In this document: positions 27,871 through 40,809 of the stretch, piece by piece
Numbering within the stretch: the stretch's first letter is position 1
Layout of the letters: each line of letters starts with the position of its first letter
Assembly: GCF_009834535.1 (NCBI RefSeq)
Contig: NC_045697.1
Coordinates: 67,210,001 to 67,274,000, forward strand
Direction: 5' to 3'
DNA length: 64,000 nt
DNA from: Camelus ferus
Taxonomy: Eukaryota
Notes under the pieces: generated by a model
Database searches by the model: none
Told to the model about the DNA's origin: nothing
The model's input: only the letters and a program-made list of their open reading frames with translations
Translations under genes and position numbers: made by a program

Positions 27871-28804
27871 TAAAATATTATTATCATATTTCAGTAAATA
27901 AGTATCAATCTGTCAAAGAGGTTTCACAAATCTTTTAGTCATTTCACTGATACAAAAACTTGCAACATCAAATATATTTGTAACATTTTGAATATTCTAA
28001 TTCCATAAAAACTTTAATGTGCTACCTCCATTCACATGAATATTTTTACTTTCAAAAATGAAAATTATAATTTAGGAATATTTGGTTTAAAAAACTCAAC
28101 ATATTCCATATTCCAAACATTTGGCAAAGCCATGCTAGAATAAAATGACTCAATTATGTGATTACAACATAAAAATGTGAGCAGCGTATGTGTTTATGTT
28201 GGTACCTTATGTTCACAAAGTCAAGATAACGCTTGCAGCAAAGGAGGCCTCAAAGGTCAGTTCCGTGGAGAATAGAACAATATCTACCGATCCTCACAAT
28301 GTTTTTTAAACGGAAAAAAAAAATGCACTCCAGGGAATGTGATACAGTTGTCACAGGAATTTAAGCTATGGGAAACGTGCATATAATAAAAAATGACTTT
28401 TAGCACTGCATATGATATAAAGTTGATGTTACCCACCATGCTTTTCTAATAGTAGTTGTTTGAGCTGAGTCTGTCGCCCTCTTTAATTCTAAAAATGCCC
28501 TCATTTATGAAAATCTCACAGAATGGAGCCTGAATTAAGGGAACACTCCTAGAATGAAGCTTACTGACCTATATGAGTATTTAAAGTAGCAATTTTCATT
28601 TCATTACTACAAGGGGCTCACCAACTGAATATATCACTCAGAAAATATAGACAGATCCATTTTTTAACATGTCAGCATTCAACTGAAAGATTATGTCATT
28701 GATGTATGTATCAGCCCTCTTCCCCCCCAAACATGTTAGAGGCTCATGTGCAGAAACCTGCCCTTTTGGAGATAAAAATGCCTATTTGTAAGTGAACAGA
28801 TGGT

Positions 28805-28950
28805 GTTGCTCAAGTTCAGAGACACATCTTAGGCAGAATCTCAGGGGGAGGAGGGACTGCGGGAGAAGGAGGGCTGATGTAGTTTGAAAAGGCTTCCTGG
28901 GTGATTCTGATAGCCTCCCACCTCGCCCCCACTGTGCAGCACTGATTTAA
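28805..28950. mobile_element. MER5-like hAT fragment
   Basis: Contains AAAGGCTTCCTGGGTGATTCTGAT...CACTGATTTAAA, typical of a MER5A/B 3' half. Confidence 0.5.
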
Positions 28951-31900
28951 AGCTTAAAGACATAAATGTCATGTAGACACTGATTAGAGTTGCAGAGTGA
29001 AAAATGAACTCTTTTGCTGGTAGAAACTTGTCTGATTGCATTTCTTTGCATTTTACGTCCTAATTTTCAAAGCCTGTACCTCCCAACAATATCTTAAAAT
29101 TGACTCCTTTTAAAAACGTCTGATTAGTTCAGATACTATCTTATTTCCATTTGTATGATGGTTTTAAATGGCAGGTCATTCAAAGATAATTTTTATTTTG
29201 GGTAGGTTTCCATATGTGTAGGTCACAATAAAAATGGATCACACATTTATGGCATTAAAATGTGAACAGCCACATCCACAAGTATTACTGGTGAAGCCAC
29301 AGAAGTAAGATTTTAGACTCAGAATGATTAAAACAATTCCCTTTTTGGTAAGATTACCAAAATTGCCTTTGAAAAATACTTTAAAGCAATCGTGAAGAAC
29401 GGTATATGTTTTGTATATAAAAATTTGCCCAGTAATTCTTATGCATGTTAAAATCGAAGGTCTTGTTAAACTAAAGGAAAAGAAGAAAAAGTCTCTATGC
29501 AGATGTTTGAGCACTTAAACAATTATGACCTTCGGGTGATTATAGAACCATCCCAAAGGAGTGAGGGGTGCCAGGGAGAAGTGCCAGAAAGTTACCCTGG
29601 TTTCCATCGGGGGGGTGAATAACCTTTGCTACCTACACACAGAGGGAGTTGCTCATGTTCCCCTGGAGACACCGAAGTTTCCCATTCTTGAGATGGTAGG
29701 AAAATAACTCCATTTCTTTTGTTTAGATAGTGTTGTAATTAGATGGATGTGGAATACCTCAGGAGAAGAAATTGTCAGGATTGGATGAATAGGCTACAGG
29801 AAAGACTGTGTTTGAAGTTTGATAAGGCGGTGCATGCAGGAGCCCTTCTAGCTCAGTTTTGAGTTCACCTGTTCCCTGGAGAAGACTGCTTATGTAAAGA
29901 GAAAAAAGGACTAAAGCCAATGAAAACTACGCCAGAATCTATGACAGTGCCGGGGCATAGACAATCCAGCTTATCACTGAGGGTCTGTCCTCCAGGCCAC
30001 ATGCCACATGCCACTTGCTAACAATGGTTTCTGTATTTTGTGTTTGTCTTGTGAAGCAACTTGCTCTGATTTTCAATGTTAGTAATTGGTGTGTGTGGAG
30101 GCGGGGGAGAGGGGTCGGTAGGAGGAGTGTGTGTGAATTACGTATAGAGGGTCCACCAACTAGCTCTTTCTCCTGGGATTCAGACCAAATACTTTTCTGT
30201 CACCAATTTCCCAGTATTTACAGGTATTGCTTCAATAGATCTCTCTCTCACACAGGCATATATGTTCACAATGTTATCCCTCTTGCAACCTAGGACTCCC
30301 AATTCCCTTCTAACATTTTTAGTATCTTGTCCTGAGTCCTTCTACCACCCATTTCCCTACTACTTTAGTCTTTCTCTTTCTATATTTCCCCTTTTTCTCT
30401 CCATCTGTCTTCTATAAAGAGCCAAAGCATGACTTATTTTTCTATCATGAATAGAATTCGACCTTAGGGAACATAATTTTATAAATAAGGAAACTGAGCT
30501 TCAGAATGTCAAACTGACTTGTCCAAATCAAGAAATTTTAATGATAGAATCAAGATCCATAACAATGGTCTTCTGTTTTCTGGTCATATTGGAAAGATTC
30601 TGGAATAGGATATATCTGATATCAGTTCCACTTTTGATATTAGCTTTTGATATGATTTTGAACCCAATAAACTTCTTTAAAAATAGGGAATGATAAAACC
30701 TGAATAAATAGAGTTGTTATCAAGCATCACCATGTGAATAGATATCAAATGACCTTAATATGACACAGGGAAATATTAAGTGCACAATAAATATGATTTT
30801 CCTACCAACTTCAAATGCTTTTTCTTTTATGTCACGTCACCCTGCAATCTCCCTTTTGGTTTACCCTTTTCTCTTCTGAAAAACTGCTCTTTATTTCTTA
30901 TTATTTTACTGTGTTTTCTCTCATTCAGTGTCCACACTCAGATGTCAGAGGCTGGAGAAATCTTTTCCAAATCTGTTAGTGACGTCTTGAGTGATAGAGC
31001 CATTCCCTGTCTGCAGGCTGTCTGAAGTTCAGTAGATGGAATCATACAATGACAGGCCTTGCAGAGCATTCTTCACATCTGTTTGCTGAACTGGCCCACA
31101 GCTGCAGTGGCTCCCCTCCTGCAAGTGTTTGGAGCCTCTCAACTCTCTACAGGACTTGACATTTGCCTATAGCACCAACACAGCAGGGCTGCCTTTCTCT
31201 GGCCATTGACAGAAAACACAGAGCTTAGCAGGTATTCAGTAAACATTTATGAAATGCAAAAAGAAATAAATGAGTGAATACATACAAAGGCCTTGCTTCC
31301 TTCACTAAGTAGGGTGGAGAGGAAGAGTTTTCATGCAGGAATCAGTGTCTGACATCTGGTGATTTACTTGTGGACCCGTCTGTATAGGACTTTGACGAAA
31401 CATCAGGCTCTCTTAACATCTCAGAACCAGCTGCCTCTCCAGCCCTTCCTGATTCTGTTTACCTCAGAAGAGCCAAGATACCAAGGTTTAATCAGTCCTC
31501 TATAGGACACCATCAAATTCAAGGAGAAAGGATAGGGTTTCAAGGGCAAAGGGTAGGGTGACATTTTGGGGGACATTTCTGAACACCTGCTCCTGAATCT
31601 TCCACTCCCTACTCCCAGATCTCACATATGGGTAGAGACCATTTCATTATGGAGGTTTTTTTTTTTTTTTTTTTCTCATGCTGCCAGCTATGCCCTCTCA
31701 CACTTTGACCTTAGCATGGACAGCAGCCTATTTCCCTCAAAACATCTGAGACAACATGACATTTTCAAAAGTATCTTTGCTACATTACAAGAAAGCACAA
31801 ACTATAGTAAGTACAAGTAGTAGGTAAATAGTCATGTTTCAGAATGGTAGGTGTCTATCCCTTCTGGATGGTGCTGCTTCACCTTTGTAAGCATCTCGTT

Positions 31901-34550
31901 TAACTTCATGCCCTCCTGGGTCTTTGACAGATTCGCTGGATGGCATCTTTTCTCCTAGTATGCATGCGGACACCTGGACACCTCTTTTTCATCAAGGTCA
32001 AAGGTAGAAGGCATCACCCCCATTTCTTTATAACCTCTAAACTTGTACAAACCTCCAGTCCCAAAATTATGCCTTCTATAGTCTGTGGCTAGGCTATGGA
32101 GTTTGAGGCAATATGTGATCTTATTCTCCTTTTTCAGATTATTTGTTTATCCCTTGCCCTGTAGAGTTTCCTGATTTACTTCCTAAGACACCTTTTTACT
32201 TCACGTGAGCCGAAGACAATTCAGTGTCCACTTGTTATGGAGTTTCCCTTTACTATTCATCTGCCAAGTGAGTTTACTTGTTGTCTCTGAAATAATCACT
32301 GACCCCTCCTCCTCCTTTTCCTCCTCCTCCTCCTCGAGAGAGAATCACTCCCTTCCCTGGGTGTATTATTTGTTTGCATATCTGTGCCTACTTCTTTAGT
32401 GTGAAGACATTGAGGATGGCTTTCACGGTTTCGAGCTTTGGATCCCCAGATGCTAGCACAGTCCCTGCCAGAGTGAAGTCTCTAAAAATAACACAATACT
32501 TGATTTAATCACTTAGAAATATGCCAATCTTGACATCCATCCATCTGAGACCCGCACACTTAGTAACAGAAGGATCATGTGGTCCAACTCACCCTGTTTA
32601 TTTGTATAGGTCCACTTTTTCAGATCAGATCTGGATTTGATGTTAACTCTGGTCTTTCAACTCTCCTGCATCTTCCCTGTAAAAATTACAGTTCTGGTGT
32701 GGGACCCCTTCCTCACCTATGGAGATTTTCCATATGGGGTATACTAGTCAATGCTAGCTGGATTGTTGGTTCTGACTTTTGCCAGTCTTCCCATTTCTAC
32801 AATCTCCTAAGATAAAGCTCAAGATATAAGACTGCTGTATTTCTCCATATAACTGAGGAATAAAATAGAAATGAGGATCTGGTGGAAGAAAAGGGACAGA
32901 AGGAAACAGGAAGAAATAGTTTGCCTCCTCTTTAAAAAGGACAGAGCAGGACAAATGGCAAAATCAGACTGAGTCAATTAAAAGGATTTTTAGATCAAAG
33001 ATGTTTCAGACTTGGCAGGGACCTTTTATTTCAATACTACAACTTCTGCCACCGAGTGTCTCAGAGGTCTTCCATAATCAGCCACCTAAAGAGGGCGCCC
33101 ACCTCCATCTCCTTCTTCATCACAGTTTCCTGTTTGTTTCTTTTATTACACTTGCCATCACCAGACTTCTCTGTTTTCTCCAACTAAATGAAAGTGTCAT
33201 GAAGTCATGGACCTTTTTATCTTATTCCCCCGGATTACACAGTGCTTCTCACAGTGCCTGACACATAATGGGCACCTAGTAACTGCTTGAATGACTAAAT
33301 GGAAAAGTGTCATTTTTTTGAGGAATCTGGAATTTTAAATTCCCAATTTACTCTCAGTCACTCTTTCTTGAATTATTAAATATTTATAATTATTAAATAT
33401 TGGGACATTGAAAATGATTTGATATTATCATTCATTGCAAACAATTATTAAAGTTAAATACTAGCTTCATTTTGTAAATACTATTGAAGAAAAATCTCAT
33501 CCAGAGAACATTTTAGGATGGAGTTTTGATAACATATCATACAAAATAATAGGAGAAAAAACTTTACTGCAATTGTTATGATAAAGGCCCTATTAGAGTC
33601 TGAGAACTACCCTCACAGAAATTCTGTACTCAGGCAAGAATAACCTCACTGAAATACATTGTGCAAAATACATATCAGTGGCTTAAATGCTGTATGAATG
33701 GGATGTTACAGTCCACACATTAATCGTCCATGCTTGAATGTAGGCTTAAGTAGATAATGCCCAATATTTAAAATGCCATATTCAGATATATTTATGTTCA
33801 AATTGATTAAAACAAGTGTTCTAATATTATAATTAGTATAGAGATGCAGCACATTCTAATTCAGGTAATAAAATTAGTATTTTGCTTCCTAATTTTCTGT
33901 CAAAAGACATTTTAAAAGTGAAGAGAGAAGAAAACTTATTTATTTTAAAAGAAATTAAAACCAAGATAGATGATAAATCATCTAGATATCAGCAGTGTCT
34001 ATGTAAAGACAAATTAAATTCTAGGGCAGAGAAGAACGCATGTATACACATACACACATATATATAGATATAAACTCTTGTGATATATAAACTCTTCTGA
34101 TAGCTAGTGAATCAGTGTAAGTGGCAGAGATGACATAAGGCTGGAAAACTGGTGTATGTTATAGAAGCATTTTCCTATTTCATTTTGGTAAGCTTATTAT
34201 CAATCAATGGAAAAATCCTAGGTCCAATGAGTTGTGAGGTTTTATACAAATTAAAGTTCACCAGTAGTCAGCATGAGTCTTTAAGAAAACTTTATATTTA
34301 AGTAACACCATTTTCTTTTAGGATAGCTGTCTAGATTAGCTTAAAGGTATAGGGCCAGTTTTTTCTCATATATGTTTGGGCAAGATGATAAAATGTGACT
34401 TATTCAAAAACTAAAGGGAGCAATTATGATCAGTGTTATCATTAAAACAAAGTTAATCCAGCCAATGTTGTTGATCTCCAGGGACTACAGAACTGGATCC
34501 TTCTGGTATTGAGAGGTGAGTGTCTGTGTTTGGGGATCAGAGGGGTGAGA

Positions 34551-34655
34551 TTCCTCTTAAAAGTACAGACTACTTCTCCAGAACGTTAGCTCTGGTTAAA
34601 ATTTTCCTCTTAAAAGTACAGACTACTTCTCCACAACGTTAGTTCTGGTTAAAAT
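34551..34655 (+). repeat. Tandem duplication, 53-bp period, 2 copies
   Basis: TTCCTCTTAAAAGTACAGACTACTTCTCCA(G/C)AACGTTAG(C/T)TCTGGTTAAAAT at 34551 and 34604; 2 mismatches. Confidence 0.95.
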
Positions 34656-36388
34656 CATTTGAGGCAAGGAGTCCTCAACATATTACTGTTGTGCTCAGTC
34701 CCACTGCTGTCCAGAACAATTAAAAGGAATTGGAAATTCAGCACAGTTGGGTGGAAAGTTTGGGTACCACTGAGTGGAATAAAATCCCTTTGTCCATACT
34801 CCTGCATATTCTCCAACCTGAGAGTGTTTCGGACATTGAAACTGGAACTGAAGTAATGTGGGCATGGAAGACTAGTGATAGCTATCAATACCTCTCAAGT
34901 TTGTCTTAAAATGAGTTGTTTTGCTAGTGGAACATTGGGCTAGATCAGAGGTCTTCAAACTTCCGTAAGTACCAGAAAACAAAACAAGACAACAAACAAA
35001 CAAACAAACAAACAAAACAGCTTGAGTAAGCATACTTGTATCTAACCTGGATTCCCTTCCCACTTTCCCCTTCACAATTGGCCTTTCTTACTTTCACAAA
35101 AGAAAATCATACTCCTCTTCATCCCGTGTTGCAGCCATTATTGAATTGTCATAGTGCAGAAGCCCCACTCTCAGCACTAAATAAAATGACTATTACCAAT
35201 TTTCATGTTTGTACTAATGAAGTAAATGAACCTAATAACAGCACCAAACCCATTTGCAAATCACACAGTTTCTAATTCTTTGCTTTCAACAAAATTGAAA
35301 AAGTGCCTAATTGATTGCCGTTTGATGACAGATCAAACAGACTAGAATTGATAGTGAACTCTATCTTATTTTAGCAATAAATTATGTTCATTTCTGGATA
35401 CACAAATTAATTGGGAAATAAAACTGCATTCACCTCATTAGAAGATGCATCTTTAATAAAATTTTGCTCTTTAGGTATAATAATTATTACAAAACATGTA
35501 ATATACTTATGTTGTATTAATCAAGTTTATATTACAGATAATTCTAATTATAACTCAATCCAAAAGAAAATTTTAACAGTTGAGAGCCTTGTAGTCAAAG
35601 GAAAATTAAAAATTAAATTAAATTTCAATTTACATAAATATTTTATGTACAAAATTATGATAGGGGTATCAATAAATGACTAAAACTTAATAATTTATTA
35701 CATACTAATAGAATCGTCTGGATAAGTAGAATGGATACGTGAGTTCAAGAGAAAATTCATGATGTTAAATTTCTGACTGTTGAATAGTTTTTCATATTTT
35801 TTTGACATGAATGATAGCAAGTATAAGTTTGCTATGATATTTAGATTCTACTTGTCACATTTTTAAATGATATAGGACTTTTAAAAAGGTCAATAATTAT
35901 GTTAGAAAATATAAATTGAATTACTTAAGGTTTTATAAACAAATTATGCATTGATTAAAAATTGTGTGAAGAAATTGTATAGTCTTTTAGAATTCATAGT
36001 ACCTAAGTATTGAAGCAAAAATTCAAATACCATTGGACTAGCTCTGATGTATTTATAGGATGCTTCTCATCCACAATAAAAGGAATTTTATTCAATTAAT
36101 AGAAATTACACCCCAAAATGAAGACTAATGTAAATGAATAAAACTTCAAGTGACCATCTGGTTCAGCTTTTAGGTGACTCTCCAGATGGTATTTTTTTTT
36201 TAATTTTATGAACAGAGATTTATTTATTGTACAAATTAACGATTGTTCTACTAAACGGACTTGTTATGTGAAAAGAATCTACTGTGAATATAACTCTGAA
36301 TTTAATTATATCCAGTATTTATCTACTGAAAAGTGAATAACTGCTCAGCCTATACAACAATGTATAGAAAAACGAATAAATGTAATTA

Positions 36389-37213
36389 CAGTATTTCCTT
36401 CTTATCCACAGTTTCGATTTTTGAGGTTTCAGTTACCTTCAATTACTCTCAGCACAAAAATATTAGAGAACTACAGAAATAAACAATTCATAAGTTCTAA
36501 ATTGAGCGCTGTTCTGAATAGCATAATGAAGTCTAACACCATCATTTCCAGGATGTGAATCGTCCCTTTGTCCAGCATATCCCACCCATTGCTCACTTAG
36601 CAGCCATCCTGGTTGTCAGATGGGCAGTCTTGGTATCACAGTGCCTGTGCTCAAGTAACCCTTATTTTACTTAATCACGGTCCCAACGTGCAAGAATGGT
36701 GATGCTGGCAGCTCAGATATGCCAAAGAGAAGCCTTAAGTGTTTCCTTTACGTGAAAAGGTGAAAGTTTTCAACTTAGCAACAAAAGGAAAAAAATAGTC
36801 TGCTGAGGTTGCTAAGTACTATGGTAAGAATAAATCTTATCTCTGTGAAATTGTGAAGAAGGAAAAATAAATTCGTATTAATTTTGATGTCACACCTCAA
36901 ACTGCACAAGTTGTGGCCAGAGTGAGTGATAAGTGCTTAGGAAAAAAAGGCATTGCATTTGTACAATGAATTTTGAGAGAGAAAGAGCACATTTACATAA
37001 CTTTTATTACAGTACATTGTTATAATTGTTCTATTTCATTGTTAGTTATTGCTGTTAATCTCTTATTGTGCCTAATTTATAAACTAAACTTTATCATAGG
37101 TATGTGTGTCTAGGGAAAAATGTAGTATATATAGGGTTCGGTACTATCTGCGGTTTCAGGCATCTGTTGAGGGTCTTGGAACTTATCCCTGGAGGATAAG
37201 GGGGGGACTATTG
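36389..37213 (+). mobile_element. MER44/Tigger7-derived DNA transposon (internally deleted TcMar-Tigger)
   Basis: Imperfect TIRs CAGTATTTCCTTCTTATCC ... GGATAAGGGGGGGACTATTG flanked by TA on both sides. Degraded transposase N-terminus from ATG 36719 (MPKRSLKC/VFPLREKVKV...AEVAKYYGKNKS). Confidence 0.85.
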
Positions 37214-38389
37214 TATCTAAATGTGATCCAGTTCAAAAAAATATGCATTTAGGAAAAAATAGATAATATATTTATATGGAGTATGCATATATGTCATATA
37301 CTACTACTAAATATAGTATATACATTATTTCACACTATTATTAGTTATTATTAAATTATATAATACATATATACAATAGATGTCAATTTAAATTTTTTGT
37401 TAGGATAATATATTACTAAAATACAGTATGTACTCAGTAAAGTTTGTTGATTGTAAAATAATTGGTAGTTTTTTAATATGTTATGACACACATTTTCCCC
37501 ATGCAGGTTTAGTTTCTCTCTTTTTATCTATATCAGTTCCTTTAAAAAATTTATGCAATCCTATTTTATCTATTATAAGATCAAATAAGACAAAATACAA
37601 AATCATACATTTCAAAATTAGAAATTTCTTAACATTTTCTCATTATATTTATTATGGCAATGTTATATTCATAGCAACAATTATCATTTAACAATAGATA
37701 TTATAGTTCATAATGGATTCTGATGCAGTTAGATTCCACAATTAGCAACCCACACAATTATCCTATAATATTTAGACTTCAGTACATCAGATATAATGGC
37801 TAAAAAAGTTTATTTATATCTGGGTTGAAAAACTACAGAAGAAAATAGCAGCTGCCCTTAATAATTGGATATGATTTTATTTTATGTGTTTTAAAAACAT
37901 TTTTAGATTTTTACTGACATGCTTATTAGGTGTGAGAAAATTATCATACTAGTGTGGCATGTATTATTATTATAATTAAAATAGAAAAGGCACTCAATTT
38001 AGAACTGTTTTTCAGAAAACAGATGTGCATTCCTTGGATGAGCCATATTTTATATAAAGAGGACTTGACTTATAATTGCAACATTACCTATTCTTCTTTG
38101 TGAAAACTGGCCTAATTTATTAAAAAGTATTTGCTTTTAAATCAAGTGTTTTGAGATCCTGCCTCTGAGTCAAGAACATAATTACTGTTTTTTACTCAAT
38201 GGAAGTATATTATGGCAAGGATCATTTATTTTTCTGATCATAATGTTTTTACTGTGAAAATCTTGAGGCTCACATGTAGTGGGAAATAATCATACAGGTA
38301 GAAACATGAGCTCTAAATGAGGAGATGCCAACTTAGGCATGTGACTTATCCTCACTTTATTTTTTTAAATTGTTTAAAGACGATTTTCC

Positions 38390-38880
38390 AATCATGGGAA
38401 ACAATAAATCCACTACACACAGGGCTGGTCAAGTCACAACTGCAGTATTGTGTTCACCCTTTGCCTGATAAACGTTAAAAATGTATATTTGTTTATATAT
38501 ACATTATGGTGCTCCCCAAACGTAGGCATACGTTTTAGGAGCATTAGCAAACGAGAATGCCTCCAGGTAAAGGCATTTAGGATTTTAAAAAGTCTGGAAA
38601 GCATGTCATCTGGAAGCAACTGAGATTATTTAGCCTTGAAAGAGTAAACTCAACAGAGCCACTTTTAAAGATTTAAACAACTTCAAAAATAATACAAGGA
38701 TTAGATTTTTCCTATGATGCTCTAGAATTCAGAACTAAGATTAACAGTGGAAGTGAAAAGAATATAGATTTTGGTCTTATCGTAAGTATTACTTTTAAAG
38801 CCCAGTTCTTTGGCAGTGGAATACATTGCCTCATAAGATAGTGGGGCTACTCAAGGTGGAACTATCTAAGTCAATCATCT
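38390..38880 (+). mobile_element. L3/CR1 LINE 3' fragment
   Basis: CTGGTCAAGTCACAACTGCAGTATTGTGTTCA and GATTATTTAGCCTTGAAAGAG...AGAACTAAG...AGATTTTGG...CAGTGGAATACATTGCCTC resemble the CR1/L3 ORF2 3' end. Confidence 0.55.
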
Positions 38881-39055
38881 TTTAGAAACAGTATAAAACA
38901 TACTAAACTCTAGGATTCCTATATATTTTAAGGTTTTTACAGTACTTTGAAATTTCTTTTAAAATTCTAAAACTCAATGTTTCACACACAGATTATTTAG
39001 CAAATCTCTCTTTACTTTTATCTATGGTGACAAGACAGTTTTTATTTTGAATGCA

Positions 39056-39890
39056 CTTTCATTCATTCAATCAACAAATATTTATGGAATAGATACCAGG
39101 TGCCAGGTATGGTGTTAAGTGCCAGCATAGAGTGGACAACCAGACTAGACATAGAGTCAGCCTTGCAGAGGTCGGAGATGAGTAGAGGCAGACATTACTG
39201 AATAGTCATATAAACAAAGGGGCAATTATAATATTTGGTAAACAGTATGGAGAAAGTGCACAGAACTTTGTGACCTTATGTCAAACACTATAAGCTTATT
39301 TCCATTTTACCATTACAATCTAGTGCAGCCCACATCATCTCTAACCTGGAGTACCACATAGCTTACTGACTGGACTCCCTGTTTCCACTCATGCTGCCCT
39401 CTAAAACTTTCTCAGTTCCACAACTATAATTTCTTCCTAATGCAAATCAGATCATGACTCCATCCTTCCTGAAATCTTGTAATGCCTCTGATTGGTCTAA
39501 AGATAAAGACCACCATTCTTAACATGGCTTGAAAAGATTTTAATAATATAATCCATTTCTATCTCCAAGGCTATCTCAAATCACTTTCCCTATTTTCTAT
39601 ATTCCAGCTACCCTGAGGATTTTAAGCACTGGATAATTACTCATTATCTTCTGCAAGAGGGCCTTTGCACATGCTGTTCTCTTTCTGCTAAGCTTTTCAT
39701 CCATTCTCCCTTCATCTAGATAACTCCATCAATACAAACACACATTTTGCCTTCTTGTACACAAGCATAAGTCATTTAGTCATGTGCTCAACAAATATTT
39801 ACTGAGCTTCTAGTATGGACCAAGCATTATTCTAATTGTTTGGATTACAAGAACAAACAAAACAGGTCAAAGAGACTTGCCCTCGAGGGA
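39056..39890. mobile_element. Cluster of L2 fragments in both orientations
   Basis: TTCATTCATTCAATCAACAAATATTTAT (minus tail, ~39058); AATCAGATCATG...GGGCCTTTGCACATGCTGTT (plus body); CAACAAATATTTACTGAGC (minus tail, ~39789). Confidence 0.7.
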
Positions 39891-40766
39891 GAATAAACAA
39901 AGATTCCTGCTAGTTTACACTGTACTTAGAAAGTTAAACCATTATTTAAATGCTCGAATCAAATCATTAATTTTATTGGCTATGCAACTGTATTCAGATT
40001 TTTCAATGTTAAGTTTTCTAATAATTCTTAGAAATGTAAGATTAAAGAGACTATATAAAAAATGGTCCTTTGACAAAAAGACACACTACCCTACACTTAC
40101 AGTTTATACAGAACTTGGCTCATTTCATGCCTTATGATTTCATAATTTAGTTGATAGTACACTAAAATATACATGTATATTTGTACATGCACATTTACAT
40201 ATATTAATACATATAATGCATATGTATGTTATGTATGACCATGTAAGTAGATTATATACTATCCTCCACAGAAGGATGTAAACTAATATTTCAAATTGAA
40301 AGTATTAATGGATTTATTCAAAATTATTCTTACTATTTGGGAAATTTAACTTTTATAGATAATTATAAATTTTACTTCTTTTGAAGCAAGTGGTCATTAA
40401 TTAATTAACTACTTATTTCAGAAAGCCTTTATTCATCACATTTTGTTAAGTGTTGAACGTGAAAGGAGGTTTTACAAATTAGGAAAACTTTTCATTGGTT
40501 TGAGGAATTTATAGTTCACCTAGAGAGACAACATAAATGAAACAATATGAGGCAGTATATCCACAAAGTACAATAAAGTATAGTAAAAAAGTGATCATAA
40601 AAGAAGAAAACAAGGAAACTTTTCTTCACCCCAATTATTTTCAATATACTTCCTTATTCAGCAAGATAAAAGCAGTGCAGCCATGAATTTATGTTAAATC
40701 AGATAAAATTCACTAGACTGTGACTTTTGGTAAGAAAAAACTGCTAAGCAGTGTCTTGTACTACTC

Positions 40767-40809
40767 AAAAAAAAAAAAAAAAAAAAAGAAAAAAGAAAAA
40801 GAAAAGAAA
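40767..40809. repeat. Poly(A)/(GAAAA)n tract
   Basis: A-run followed by GAAAAA units; no SINE body recognised upstream. Confidence 0.9.

Noticed and set aside
34551..34655. CRISPR-like repeat
   Set aside because: Two adjacent copies with no spacers, in mammalian DNA; a simple tandem duplication.
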